From Squalus acanthias (Eukaryota), in NCBI GenBank assembly GCA_030390025.1, contig CM059432.1, forward strand, positions 133,054,001 through 133,118,000: DNA of 64,000 bases, written 5' to 3'. Positions 45,761-58,784 of this stretch are shown piece after piece. The number at the start of each line of letters is the position of its first letter. Within the stretch, counting starts at the first letter, position 1. Below the pieces are notes generated by a model. It was not told the DNA's origin, did not search any database, and worked only from the letters and a program-made list of their open reading frames with translations. The translations under genes were made by a program, and so were the position numbers.

Positions 45761-47502
45761 TTAATAGCGATGTCCTTGATTTTGTAAGCATAAATGACGA
45801 GCACAGCACTTTTTCCTCCTTCAAAGATACAATGATGAGTGCTTAGTTTCTATTAATCTTTATCTATTATTGCTGCAAAGTATAGCGGCCTTGAAATTAA
45901 GCTGCAGATTAACAGGTGCCAATGGTTTAATGGCATCATCTGAAATTTCTCTTTTTTACGTTATTTTGGGAAAGCCATTAAGCTATTTGAAAGAAACAGG
46001 TTGAGGCCTCCACTAAAATAGTGGGAGTTTTAATCAAAGGAGTTCAGCTTTTGTACCTATCATCCCACCACGTAATTTCCAGGCCGTTTTTCTCAGAAGA
46101 GCAGGCACAGATTTGGCAAAATAATCAAGTGTGTTAATTTGCATCAATTAAAGGCATGTTCCCACGAACAGTGCGTTGCCCGTGTGAGGCGTGTTCTTAT
46201 CTAAGAAGGCCTGAAATCACAGTGAATCCCTGAAGCAGGCTGTTCATGTCGGGGCCTGCTGGTCTCGTGTTTGGAGGCATGCACCGTCATGGCTGAACTC
46301 CATATCAAAAGCGAGATAGGATGCAAGTGGTAATTACGTTAATTGACATGGCTTTAATAAGAAATTTTAATAACTTCTCTTTATACCTTTAAAAAAAATC
46401 CCATTTCCTCATTTGTTTTGCGTTCATTCATCTTTAATGAAAGTTGTAGCAATCATGAAAACAATATGTTTCAATAAATCTGCAGCTTCCTTTCCATAAC
46501 ACTATTTATACAGAATCTTCTAAAAGATTGCCTTGTGACACAGAAATTTTTAACACACACCCTTTCAATGAGGTAGTCTTTTGGAGCATATAAAATATTA
46601 TAGCGAGAGCCAGATTACAGAGAGAACATTTTATGTGGTTTCTCTACGAGGAAGATATAAATAATACATGTTATTTCAGAGGTCACCGTGCATCAGAGAA
46701 TGTTATAGAAAAGGAGACTGTAAAAAGTGGATCATCGTGAATTTCTGAATAAATAAACTGTTTTCTCTTTAATGTAATGGTGAGTTATTGTATAATACCA
46801 TCAGTTGCTGCCTTTATAATCCTTTCCACAATGTTATTTCAGTTATACCTCTATTGATAATTGGGTGCCAAATTATTCCTTTGAGCTTCTGGTACCAGGT
46901 ACCTGGGATTGAATGAATAATGGTACAGCTAGACCGAACCGTCGATAGCTAAAAACAGAAATAGTGCAACACAGCGGGAAAACTGACAAATGAGTAAAGT
47001 GAGAATAGATTTTTATTTTTAAAAGGATAAACACATATTTTTAATTGTGAATAGAGAATTTGTGCGATACGTAGATGTACCCAGAATGCTTTTCTCTACC
47101 CGGTTCTCTTAAGAGGGTCCAGTATCTACCAACGAGTTTAAAGAGGAACTTGCCCCTTTAAACAATGTAGCAATTTACAAAAATGGTGCTTTTTGTTGAT
47201 TTCTTTTGATTAGGTAAGATTTTTTTTATTGCAAAATGAAAATGATGAGTGTTAATGACAGTTTGAGGAGAAATAACATGGAGAAGTTATCGTGCAAGGA
47301 AATTAGTTGACAAAAACAGCCATACATGGATACCATTGCTGAGGCATTCTGGGGTAATGACTTTCTGTTCCTAATTCAATCCCTTCACGCCAACTGGGCC
47401 CAGTAACTAGATGTAGACTTTTCCTCCAGTCAGACAGATTTTGACAGAAAACAACATGATATTAGAGGTATTCAGAATAACGTTCTGATGTTGCCTTTTT
47501 AA

Positions 47503-48968
47503 CAGCAACAACTTGCATTTATAGAGCGTTTCAAACAAAATTTGACACCGAGCCACATAAGGAGATATTAGGGCAGATGACCAAAAGCTTGGTCAAAGAG
47601 GTAGGTTTTAAGGAGCGTCTTAAAGGAGGAAAGAGAGGCGGAGAGGTTTAGGGAGGGAATTCCAGAGCTTAGGGCCCAGGCAACTGAAGGCACGGCCGCC
47701 AATGGTGGAGCGATTAAAATCGGGGATGCTCAAGAGGCCAGAATTGAAGGAGCGCAGCTATCTCGGAGGGTTGTCGGGCTGAAGGAGATTACAGAGATAG
47801 GGAGGGGCAAGGCCATGGAGGGATTTGAAAACAAGGATGAGAATTTTTAAATCGAGGCGTTGCTTAACCGGGAGCCAATGTAAGTCAGCAAGCACAGGGG
47901 TGATGGGTGAACGGGACTTGGTGCGAGTTAGGACACGGGCAGCAGAGTTTTGGATGACCTCAAGTTTACGGAGGGTAGAAAATGGGAGTCCAGCCAGGGG
48001 TGGAATAGTCAAGTCTAGAGGTAACAAAGGCATGGATGATGGTTTCAGCAGCAGATGAGCTGAGGCAGGGGTGGAGTCGGGTGATCTTACGGAGGTGGAA
48101 ATAGGCAGTCTTAGTGATAGGTGGCCGGAAGCTCATCTCGGGGTCAAATATGACACCAAGGTTGAGAATAGTCTGAATTAAAAAGAGAAAATGCTGGAAA
48201 TACTCAGCAGGTCAGGCAGCATCTGTGGAGAGAGAAACAGAGTCAACGTTTCAGGTCGATGACCCTTCGCCAGAACTGGAAAAAGTTGGAGATGGAACAG
48301 GTTTTTAAGCAAGTGTAGGGGCAGGGAAAGGGGGGAAGGGAGGAAAGAACAAAAGGGAAGGTCAGTGATAGGATGGAAGGCAGGAGAGATTAAGAGACAA
48401 AAGGGATGATGGTGCAAGGCAAAAGGAGATGGTAATGGGACAAGTTAAGAAACAAAAGATGACTCTAGATGAAGCGTAAATGGCAATGGCAGAATGATCG
48501 TCAGCTGCCATGTGAGAGAGAGGGAAAAAAAAATGACAAAAAAGATTGGGGCCGAGGTTATAGTCTGAAATTGTTGAACTCGATGTTGAGTCCAGAAGGT
48601 TGTAAAGTGCCTAATCAAAAGATGAGATGCTGTTCCTCGAGCTTACATTGAGCTGTAAGAGGCTGAGGATGGAGAGGTCAGAGTGGGAATGGAGCGGAGA
48701 ATTAAAGTGACAGGTGACCGGAAGCTCAGGGTCACGCTTACGGACTGAACGGAGGTGTTCAGCAAAGCGGTCACCCAATCTGCGTTTGGTTTCCCCAATG
48801 TAGAGGAGACCTGCATCGTGAGCAGCGAATACAGTATACTAAATTGCAAGAAGTAGTCTGACTTGAGAATAGTCTGGTTTGGCCTCAGACAGTTGCCAGG
48901 GAGAGGGATGGAGTCGCTAGGGAACGGAGGGCTAGGGAATGGAGTTTTTGGTGGGGACCGAAGACAAT
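47503..48968 (-). mobile_element. L2 3' fragment interrupted by a Penelope insert
   Basis: ORF 47758-48033 is L2. The sequence resumes at 48877, colinear with the copy at 7184-8035. Confidence 0.9.
48176..48862 (-). mobile_element. Short Penelope 3' fragment with a 14-bp TSD and a decayed hammerhead (48241-48277)
   Basis: ttgagaatagtctg at 48162-48175 and 48863-48876. Homologous to 31046-31715. Confidence 0.92.
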
Positions 48969-49750
48969 GTCCTGAATTTAATAATTTGGCGGGTTGGGAG
49001 CGGTGGGGGGGGGGGGGGGGGTGCTCGGAAGTGGTCAGGAAATCCGGGAGAACAGGTTTCCCGCAGGCCCTGCCGAATTTAACAGCAGAGCCTGATTTGC
49101 ATGGGAAACCTCTGTTTTCCTCCTGCAGCCAGCCAGAATGAGAGGTGGGAGGGAGGGAGGGATGGATCGCGTGGGGGCCAGAGGATGGTCGAGGGGGGGG
49201 GGGGATGGTGCCGGAGGAGCATGGGGGTGTCGGGAATGATCGGGATCCAGAGCAACAGATCAGGGCCCAGAGGAGCATGGCGCGGGGTCCTCGTTGGGGG
49301 GAATCAGAGGTCTGGAGGGAATCGGAGGTCTGAGGTTGGGGATCAGAGGCCTGAGGTTGGGGATCAGAGGCCTCGTGGGGGGGTCTCCAATCGCGGGGCG
49401 TGGGTTAGGTAGGGACGCTGGATCCAGGAGCTAACTGTAAAGGCACTTACCTCCTGGATCCAGCAGTCCTCGCCTTCCATTAGCTGGCGGGTTTCACGAG
49501 GCCTGCAAAACCTGACCAGCTACAGTTAAATTTAAAATGGAGGTTAAATCTGAGGCATACCAGCCTCATTATAATATTTAAATGGACGACCTGCCTCCTG
49601 GGAGCGGATTGGCTGCCCGCCCCCATCCCGCCTCCATTAAACTGGAAGTGGGCGGGTTGGAGGCGGGGTCTGGTTGAGATTCAGATTTTTAACACTTTAA
49701 CTTCCCCCACAACCCCAACCCACCCTAAATTCTAGGTTAAAATTTCTCCC
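48969..49750. mobile_element. GC-rich MITE-like element
   Basis: ggcggg/cccgcc-rich subtermini, ends ttaaaatttctccc, aat on both flanks. The TIR match is weak. Confidence 0.45.
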
Positions 49751-49887
49751 AATAAATGGGTTTTTGTAGTGTGAATCCTTCTTTAATGAATGTTTTTCTT
49801 CTTTTTTTCCAGAGGTCTTGCCATAAGCATCTCTTGGTCACTGCGGGAGAACCTTGTTACACGCAATGAAGTTCTGCTGTACTTACT

Positions 49888-50557
49888 GGGGATAACATTC
49901 AGCCCTGCCACAGGGCCACATGAGGTGGTGGCGTGCTGAAAATCGTGGTGCAATACTTACCTCCATGGCCCCACCAATCCGTGGGCCACTGCCATTTTGG
50001 TGGGGTTCTTGATATTGACACTCGGGCGCTGGTTGGAAACAGATGAGAGCTTCATTAGCCCATGGAAATTGGGGTCCTTTGACGTCAATAGGACCCCAAT
50101 GCAGCTTTCAGGTACCAATGAGTGGAGCATGCGTCATTCACACTCCGCCCATTGGTATTGAGCACGCTAACCAGAGGTCCTTAAAGTGACCACTGCAAGC
50201 CAACTCAAGAAGAGTTCCAGAAAATGTTTGTAAATGACATTAGTGGGATCAGGAAGAGCGTTAATCTCCTCCTAGTCACACATAAATCATCCCCGTGATG
50301 GCCGATCCTCCACGGCCTTCCCTCCTCGGAATGCCCTCCCCCCACTTTATTTACATGAGCTCTGTGGTGGAGTGGCTGGATTTTCGTGCCTCTCTGATCA
50401 GTGATCTACTCGAGATGTGTGGTCAGCTTGGTGACGAAATAGTAATGGGGCCCAGCCGTGAGAATTGATTGGGCTTCTAGCCAGTGACATCGGGCGGGCA
50501 GAGGGCACGTTCTACCCACTGCCCGCCCGATGTCTGCTGAAACCGAAAATCATCCCC
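49888..50557. mobile_element. MITE-like element (Harbinger-type ends)
   Basis: ggggataacattc versus gaaaatcatcccc. Internal tgacgtca. Confidence 0.5.
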
Positions 50558-52024
50558 GTTGTTGCTAACAACTGTGAGACAAAATTCATCTTTGAAGATG
50601 TTGCTGATAATGTGGCTCTGGTTGTGTCAATGTTGCTCATTGGCATGACCACAATCTGTTCTCCTTTTTCATTTGGCTTTTATGTTGTGGATCATCGGTT
50701 CGAACGCTTAATGTGTTCTGAAATTCCTCTCCACTATGCTAGCAGAGGTGTTTACCCATTTATTTTGAGCAGATTGAAAACACCTCTGTTAAAGTGGTAG
50801 AGAGAGGAATTTCAGGTGAATGTTTTTAGCATTCGCACCTGTTACACGACAGCATCATTTTAGATTTTATGTGATGAATTTCTGTTTAGTAAACACTTAT
50901 TTTCTTTTACAACTCAAATCTTTCTTGAGCTGTTTCTATATTTGGTGGCAAAGGTATCAGGTCACTGCTTTTGTATTTGTCAATGAGTGGATCAACAATG
51001 CTAGCAGCTGATGTAAAGTACCTGAGATACGAGAGAGCACCTCCCCACTGTATCTATAATAATCTTAACCTCCTTAATGATATAAATAGAGGTCATCATG
51101 TTCGAGCAGGTGCCCCATCGTCCAGCTACTTAGACTGAACCATCAGATTAACCTTTAGAAGAGGAATCTATGATAGCTTTCAAAAGGAAAATGGACAAAT
51201 ACTTGAAAATACGAGGATAGGGCAAGGGAATAGGATTAAGCGGTTAGCTCTTTCAGAGATCGAAATGCCTCCTACTGTGCTGTGAAATTCTATGAGTCTA
51301 CACCCTTCATGAAGCAATGAGCTCCAACCCATGATCACAAGAGTTGAATTAGGATCTTTCATGATATTGTGCCGTAAATTTGTGAAAATGGCTACCACAG
51401 GTGGTGGTTAGATGGCTATGTATAGGATGCAGTCATCCAACAGATTTCAGAAACTCTAAGTACCCAGAGGGACTGAAAGATGTTTCACCATCTCTGGAAC
51501 GTGGACATGAATCCAGCTCAGACTGATGGAATGCAATTTTCATCTCTCTGCCAACTGTAAGATGAAAGAGTTCCAAGTGAAATGAGTCTGGGATAGTCTT
51601 AACTGATCACTTCGATGAAGTCTGATGAAGTCGAGTATTTCCAACTAATAGAATTGTATAGTATTCTACTATACTCTCTGAAACAATGGACGTTATAGTT
51701 GTTCAAAAAAGATTGCTAGTGGGCCAAATGACCAGTTAGCAGATGACAAAACAAAAGTGTTTAACAGCCACGAAGAATTTATGGAGAAGGCGAATCAGAT
51801 GCATTGTCTGGGGACTGATGTGTCCAAGGAGCTCTTTGTAGCCTCTGCTGCTGTCTCTTCTTACCACTGAGAGGCTTTGCAGATGTGATAATGGAGAAGG
51901 GGGAGTCTCTGGAGAAGCTGGACAGATAGAGTTGGATAATAATGACCAGTACTGTTATTTGGGCGAAAACTCAAACAAATGAGTTGAAGTTTTAAAAGCT
52001 TTGACATTTTTTTTTCAAATACAG

Positions 52025-52066
52025 CCCATGATCAATCGCTTCTTGCCTGCTGTTCAGCTCTAGAAG
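52025..52066 (+). other. Candidate 42-nt exon
   Basis: ttttttttcaaatacag acceptor and AG|GTAAGT donor. Open only in phase 1-1 (HDQSLLACCSALE). Confidence 0.35.
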
Positions 52067-52564
52067 GTAAGTCGACCCTTCTCTCATTAAAGGTCAACCA
52101 CTGTCCATAGGGTAGTGTTAACTGAGAAGCTGCAAAGAGGCAATACAGATGGCTAGTGTGGGAATGGAAAAGTTAACAGTGGTGCAATTGGGGATTTGGG
52201 GAGATTTGGGTTAAGGCTTGTTGAAGGGGGCAGAGTAAAAGGAGATTTGTCCTGCGTCTGGGGTATTTTGTTCCTTGATCATTTCTAGCTAGACCTACCC
52301 TTAAGTTACTCTTTAGTAGTTGGTTATTTCTAGGTATACCTATCCTGAACTTGGGTTTCAATTTGAATTCTTAATCAGATATTCATCCGGCTCTTTTTTG
52401 GAGGTGTTAATATACCCAGCACTAAATGCTTCTTTTGGGAATCAGTCCACATACCCTCTACTCTGTGGGATTTTCTTCTCTAATCTCTAGTCTCAGATGA
52501 GGCATGTTCATGTTGTACTTGTATCTTATTGCTCTGCATTCAGAAACCACATAAAGTAGCCTGC

Positions 52565-53510
52565 TTACACCCCTACCTCTGTAATCTCCTCCAGCCCTAC
52601 AACCCTCTGAGATCTCCGCGCTCCCCCAAATCTGGCATCTTGTCCGTCCCAATTTCCTTCATTCCACCATCGGCAGCCGTGCCTTAAGCTGCCGAAAACT
52701 CCGTTCACAAACTCTGTTCCCTAGCAACTGCCTCCATCCCTCTCCCTAACATCTGTCTGGGGCTGAACCACACTGTTTGCAACCTTGGTGTCATATTTGA
52801 CCCTGAAATGAGCTTCCAACCACATATCCGTAGCATAACAAAGACCGCCTACTTCCACCTCCGTAACATCGCCCGTCTCCACCCTGGCCTCAGCTCATCC
52901 GCTGCTGAAACACTTATTCATGCCTTTGTTACCTCTAGACTTGACTATTCCAACGCTCTCCTGACCGGCCTCCCACATTCCACCCTACGTAAACTTGAGG
53001 TCATCCAAAACTCGGCTGCCCGTGTCCTAACTCGCACCAAGTCCCGTTCACCCATCACCCCTGTGCTCATTGACCTACATTGGCTCCCGGTTAAGCAACG
53101 CCTCGATTTCAAAATTCTCATCCTTGTTTTCAAATCCCTCCATGGCCTCACCCCTTCCTATCTCTGTAATCTCCTTCAGCCCCACAACCCCCCCGAGATA
53201 TCTGCACTCCTCTAATTCTGCCATCTTGTGGATCCCTGATTATAATCGCTCAACCTTTGGTGGCCATGCCTTCTGTTGCCTCGGCCCAAAGCTCTGGAAT
53301 TCCCTGCCTAAACCTGTCCGCCTCGCTACCTCTCTTTCCTCCTTTAAGACGCTCCTTAAAACCTACCTCTTTGACCAAGCTTTTGGTCACCTGCCCTCAT
53401 TTATCCTTATGTGGATCGGTGTCAAATTTTTTGTCGTAAAATACTCCTGTGCAGCGCCTTGGGACCTTTTAATACGTCAAAGGCGCTATATAAATGCAAG
53501 TTGTTGTTAC
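52565..53510 (+). mobile_element. L2 3' fragments (two adjacent pieces)
   Basis: ORF 52808-53215 is the L2 ORF2 C-terminus. The tail is aaggcgctatataaatgcaagttgttgtt. Confidence 0.92.
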
Positions 53511-53754
53511 TGTGCATTATCTATACCTCTCACCATCTTATAATGTGTAGAGCTCCACTTTCCCTGACTACACTGTGACGTGGAGATGGCACTGTAACTC
53601 GGATCTGTCAGCTCTGTTTTGCCCTAAACCTAATATCAGTCTCAGTTTTTGTCTCTGTAGCAAAACTGTGCCCTTAAGGGTTTTCATATTCAGCTTTGTT
53701 GAGACAAGTAATGCTAGATCAATGGATGGAGCCAGAAGCTGATACAGGTTACCT

Positions 53755-54655
53755 TTCTTTCTTTCTCTTAGGCAGTCCCTCGGAACCGAGATGACTTGCT
53801 TCCACACTAAAAATGAGTTCTCAGGTGACTGATGAGTCCAATGCGGGACCTACAGTCTCTGTCACAGGGTGGGGCAGACGGTGGTTGAAGGGGCGGGTGG
53901 GTGGGGTGCTTGGGTTGACGTGTGCTCCTTCCGCTGTTTGCGCTTGGCTTCCGCTTGGTCCCGACGATGAGACTCGAGGTGTTCGGCACCTTCCTGGATG
54001 GTTCTCCTCCACTTTGTGTCGGTCTTGGGCCAGGGATTCCCAGGTGTCAGTGGGGATGTTGCACTTTTTCAAGGAGGCTTTGAGGGTGTCCTTGAAGTGT
54101 TTCCTCTGCCCACCTGGGGCTCGCTTGCCGTGTCGGAGCTCCGAGTAGCGCGCTTGTTTTGGGAGTCTCGTATCGGGCATGCGGACAATGTGGCCCGTCC
54201 ATCGGAGCTGATCGAGGGTCGTCAGAGCTTCGATGCTGGGGATGTTGGCCTGAGCGAGAACACTGACGTTGGTGCACCTATCCTGCCAATGGATTTGCAG
54301 GATCTTGCGGAGGTTGCATTGGTGGTACCTCTCCAGTGCTTTAAGGTGCCTGCTGTACATGGTCCATGTCTCTGAGGCATACAGCAGGGCGGGTATCACT
54401 GCTGCTCTATAGACCATGAGCTTAGTGCCGGGTTTGAGGTCCTGGTCTTCAAACACTCTCTTTCTCAGGCGACCGAAGGCTGCACTGGCACACTGAAGGC
54501 GGTGTTGGACTTCGTTATCGACGTCTGCCCTTGTTGACAGTAGGCTCCCAAGGTATGGAAAGTGGTCCATGTTGTCCAAGGCTTCGTCGTGGATTTTGAT
54601 AATCGGGGGGCAGTATTGTGTGGCGGGGGCAGGTTGATAGAGGACCTTTGTCTTA
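53755..54655 (-). mobile_element. RTE-clade LINE 3' fragment
   Basis: ORF 53821-54579 (FPYLGS, ASAAFGRL, LLYASETW, QLRWTGHIVRM). Same family as 12095-12570. Confidence 0.92.
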
Positions 54656-55475
54656 CAGTGCTATGGAGACCACCTCATGCCGCTAATATCACAAGATCAT
54701 GGATGGTCTGGAAAGCAGTTGATGTACTGGAATAATAGAGGAAAACGAGAAAAAGCATTGAGAGATATGATGAGAAGGTGGGTAGGTGAAGTTCACCTCT
54801 GAAAATGGACAGGTAGGATCAGCCTAATTGCTCTTCCGGTTCACAAAAATGATCTGATATTCCGAAGGATGAATGTCAAAATGGGGATGAGTCAATTGGA
54901 AGTTGTTTATGATAATGATACTTCCTATAATCCTGCCAACAATAATCATTTTGATTAACGGGCTGAGCAGCAGAGGAGAGGAAAGCAATACTATTAATCA
55001 ATTGAAAGAAAGCCGACCAGAGTGTGAGGGAAGAACGCTCATCAGTCAGTGCGATTTAGGCAAGGAGCTCATGCTGAATTAATCACCTGAAGTTTTTCAA
55101 ATACTTTATTGACATGGTTGACATTGTAAACTTGGATTTCATAAATCTTTTGACAAGGCTCCACACTGACGATTAATAGATAAGGTTAGGAGTCATGGAA
55201 TAGGAGGTAAAGTATGGCAGTAGATAGAAATGTTGCTTAAAAATAGGGGGCATAGGCGGCCTAAAATTGAAGGAGAGCAGAGCAGCGAGCTGCCTCTGGA
55301 GGCACAACAGGCACTGGCAGCTTCCTCGAATAGGCCCAAGGACCAATTTCGGGGGTTCTCGGACTGGCCTCTTCTGGCGCACGCCACCCGATTCTTGCCC
55401 GAAAATTGGCGCGACCCAACTTATCCCCCATTCAGCCTGAAAAGAAGATTGACCCATTTTGCACAGCGGCTAGGA

Positions 55476-56541
55476 GAGCTTGCCCAGAGTGTGGAGGAGA
55501 GCTTGTCCAGCGGTGTGGAGGAGGGCTTGTCCAGCGGTGTGGAGGAGCGCTTGTCCAGCGGTGTGGTGGAGGGCTTGTCCAGCGGTGTGGTGGAGGGCTT
55601 GTCCAGCGGTGTGGAGGAGGGCTTGTCCAGCGGTGTGGAGGGCTTGTCCAGTGGTGTGGAGGAGAGCTTGTCCAGCGGTGTGGAGGAGGGCTTGTCCAGT
55701 GGTGTGGAGGAGGGCTTGTCCAGCGGTGTGGAGGAGAGCTTGTCCAGCGGTGTGGAGGAGGGCTTGTCCAGCGGTGTGGAGGAGGGCTTGTCCAGCGGTG
55801 TGGAGGAGGGCTTGTCCAGTGGTGTGGAGGAGAGCTTGTCCAGCGGTGTGGAGGAGGGCTTGTCCAGCGGTGTGGAGGAGGGCTTGTCCAGCAGTGTGGA
55901 GGAGAGCTTGTCCAGTGGTGTGGAGGAGAGCTTGTCCAGTGGTGTGGAGGAGGGCTTGTCCAGCGGTGTGGAGGAGAGCTTGTCCAGCGGTGTGGAGGAG
56001 AGCTTGTCCAGCGGTGTGGAGGAGCGCTTGCCCAGCGGTGTGGAGGAGAGCTTGTCCAGCGGTGTGGAGGAGCGCTTGTCCAGCGGTGGAGGAGAGGTTT
56101 GTCCAGCGGTGTGGAGGAGGGTTTGTCCAGTGGTGTGGTGGAGGGCTTGTCCAGCGGTTGTGGTGGAGGGTTTGTCCAGCGGTGTGGAGGCGGGTTGTCC
56201 AGCGGTGTGGAGGAGGTTGTCCAGCGGTGTGGGAGGGCTTGTCAGTGGTGTGGAGGAGGGCTTGTCCAGCGGATGTGGTGGAGGGTTTGTCAGCGGTTGT
56301 GGTGGAGGGCTTGCCAGCGGTGTGGAGGAGGGGCTTGTCCAGCGGTGTGGAGGAGGGCTTGTCCAGCGGTGGAGGAGAGGCTTGTCCAGTGGTGTGGAGG
56401 AGGGCTTGTCCAGCGGTGTGGAGGAGGGCTTGTCCAGCGGTGTGGTGGAGGGCTTGTCCAGCGGTTTGGAGGAGGGCTTGCCCAGCGGTGTGGAGGAGGG
56501 CTTGTCCAGCGGTGTGGTGGAGGGCTTGTCCAGCGGTGTGG
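55476..56541. repeat. 24-bp G-rich minisatellite (cttgtccagcggtgtggaggaggg), roughly 44 units
   Basis: Direct tandem array, with indel-rich units after about 56085. Confidence 0.97.
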
Positions 56542-56743
56542 TAGTCTGTCTGGTCACTTACTGTGGCCAAGATCTCCAGCCTTAGCTCTTAAAGGAGTTG
56601 GGAGAAGACTTCCTCCTCTCTCTCGCCTCCCGAGGTCAAACTCACAGGTTGGACTCCCTGACTAACTAGAGTGAAACAAAATTTCACAGCAATATAGCTC
56701 AGCAGTGATACACGTATATCAGCACCAACAGGAATAAATCAAT

Positions 56744-57445
56744 GGCATGGAAATTGCGGTCGCAGGCTTGCCGCCCGCGTACGCCTCCGAACCGCAAGTA
56801 AACTCCGTACTTACCTTGTCTCTCCGGAGCTTCGGACTCTTGCAGTCCTGGGCCTGCAGGCATACGCCTGCGTAAAGGCCCACGCATCCCAGGGGCACAT
56901 ATGGTTCGCAAGCATCCCTGGGATCAAGTGGGCCAGGCCAACCAATGACAAAGGGGGATTTCTATTGTGCTTATTGAGATTCTATTTACATACGGAATCC
57001 CCATAAGCATAATAGAAATCAGCGAATAAATACAATTTCACAACACTGAAATAAAAATAAATAATCGCAGGTTCAAAATTAAGTAAAATACCCTTTAGTT
57101 AAACATTTAAATTAATAAATGGGACAAAAATAACCTAAACTAATTTTAAATGTAAGTGAATGTTTAAATTTAGTTTAACCCTTACGCTGGTAAAAGAAGT
57201 TCTTATGCCTGCTTTTACCAGGCATAATGGTTTGGTGGGTATTCGCTGGGCAGTAGTTGGGCAAATAGCACAACACTGCGCCAGCGAAAGTGTTTTTGTA
57301 GCGGATGCAGTGGATCTGTCAAGGAGAAACTTGGCAGATTGCAAGTTTTGGGTTTTCGAGCTTGCGGATCGTATGCGGAAACCCAGAACTTGCAGGGCAC
57401 TTATGACGGCATACGCTGTGTCATAGGCCCCATAAAATCCGGGCC
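56744..57445. mobile_element. MITE-like element with GC-rich ends and an AT-rich centre
   Basis: ggcatggaaatt and aaaatccgggcc ends (imperfect), flanks aat and att. Internal palindrome gcaagttttgggttt...aaacccagaacttgc. Confidence 0.55.
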
Positions 57446-57506
57446 ATTATTAAAAAATTGCACTGTTGTCTTTCATATGCTCGACCATTTGCAATCCTGA
57501 TTGATG

Positions 57507-57962
57507 AAAGAAAATCTTGCATTTCTATAGCACCTCTCACGACTGCCTGACGTCTCGAAGCTCTTTTACTGCCAATGAAGTACTTTTTGACGTGCAGTCA
57601 CTGTTGTAATGTAGGAAACGTGGCCGCCAATTTGTACGCAGCAAGGTCCCACAAACAACAATGTGATAATGACCAGATAATCTGTTTTTTTAGTGATGTT
57701 GATTGGCCAGGACACCAGGGATAACTCCCCTGCTCTTCTCTCTAAATAGTGCCATGGGATCTTTAACGTTCACCTGCGAGAGCAGACAGGGGCTTAGTTT
57801 AACATCCCATCCAAAAGATGGAACTTCTGACAGCGCAGCACTCCCTCAGTTCTGCACTGGAGAGTCAGCCTAGATTTTTGTGCTCAAGTCTCTGGAGTAG
57901 GACTTGAACCCACAACCTTCTGACTCAGATATGAGGGTGCTACCAACTGAGCCACAGCTGAC
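57507..57962 (-). mobile_element. SacSINE1-like SINE, full length
   Basis: Head, Deu body and tail as at 2221-2686. Confidence 0.85.
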
Positions 57963-58784
57963 ACAATGGCCGCAATTTCGCCCATCTCGGTAGGGTCCGG
58001 TGTGGCTGCGGTCGGTGGCGGGGTGCGACCCTGCTGCTGGCTCCAGCCCGCTCTGTGAAATGAATTTTATGCTGATTGGGCTTGTTAAGCCTGCCCAGCG
58101 CGTTTGCCGGCCAGTTGAAGGAAACGGGTCTGATGATGTCATTTGACGATGTGTCATCAACCAGTTTACTTAAAGGGACCATGCGCAAATTGATTTTGAC
58201 AGTTGTGCTGTCAGTGTTCTACAGCATTAAGGTGCTGCAAACACTGAAAGAGGTGCACGGCTGCACCCAGGCTTCCCATGACTCCCTCCATATGCTTATG
58301 GAGGGAGTCACAGCACGCAGGGAGGTACTCTTCCCTTCCCATGGGCGGAAGAGACCTCCCAGGAGACCAACGCAGTCTGGTTGCACATTGCACAGGAGGG
58401 CACAAGCAGGGATGTCGTCAGGAGGACAAGGCTGCAGTGGCGCAAACCATTCAATGATCTCAGTAGATCACGAAATGTTACTGCAAAGCCACACTCAACC
58501 TCATCCTGCTTTGCCACTCATCAGATCCCCATCACTCTGCCTTCCCTACCCTACTCCTGCACATCCTTACTCACACCAACTTACCTTGCACCTCCACCCA
58601 TCCCTCTCTATCTACATCATCACATCCCCATCTCACTAGCCACCCCTCACACTCACCCTCATCCTAGTGCAATCATACCAACTAACAACACACAAGTGTA
58701 GGCATTTGTGTGTTTTAGCCAATGTTCATGTGAAGTTTCTGTTAATGTGCTGTCAAACATTGGAATCTATATTTTCAACACAAT

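Noticed and set aside
49813..49925. Exon after a strong polypyrimidine acceptor (ttttttccag)
   Set aside because: There is no convincing donor before the sequence runs into a MITE at about 49888.
55230..56665. Five long ORFs (354-451 aa) on both strands
   Set aside because: These are artefacts of a stop-free 24-bp minisatellite.
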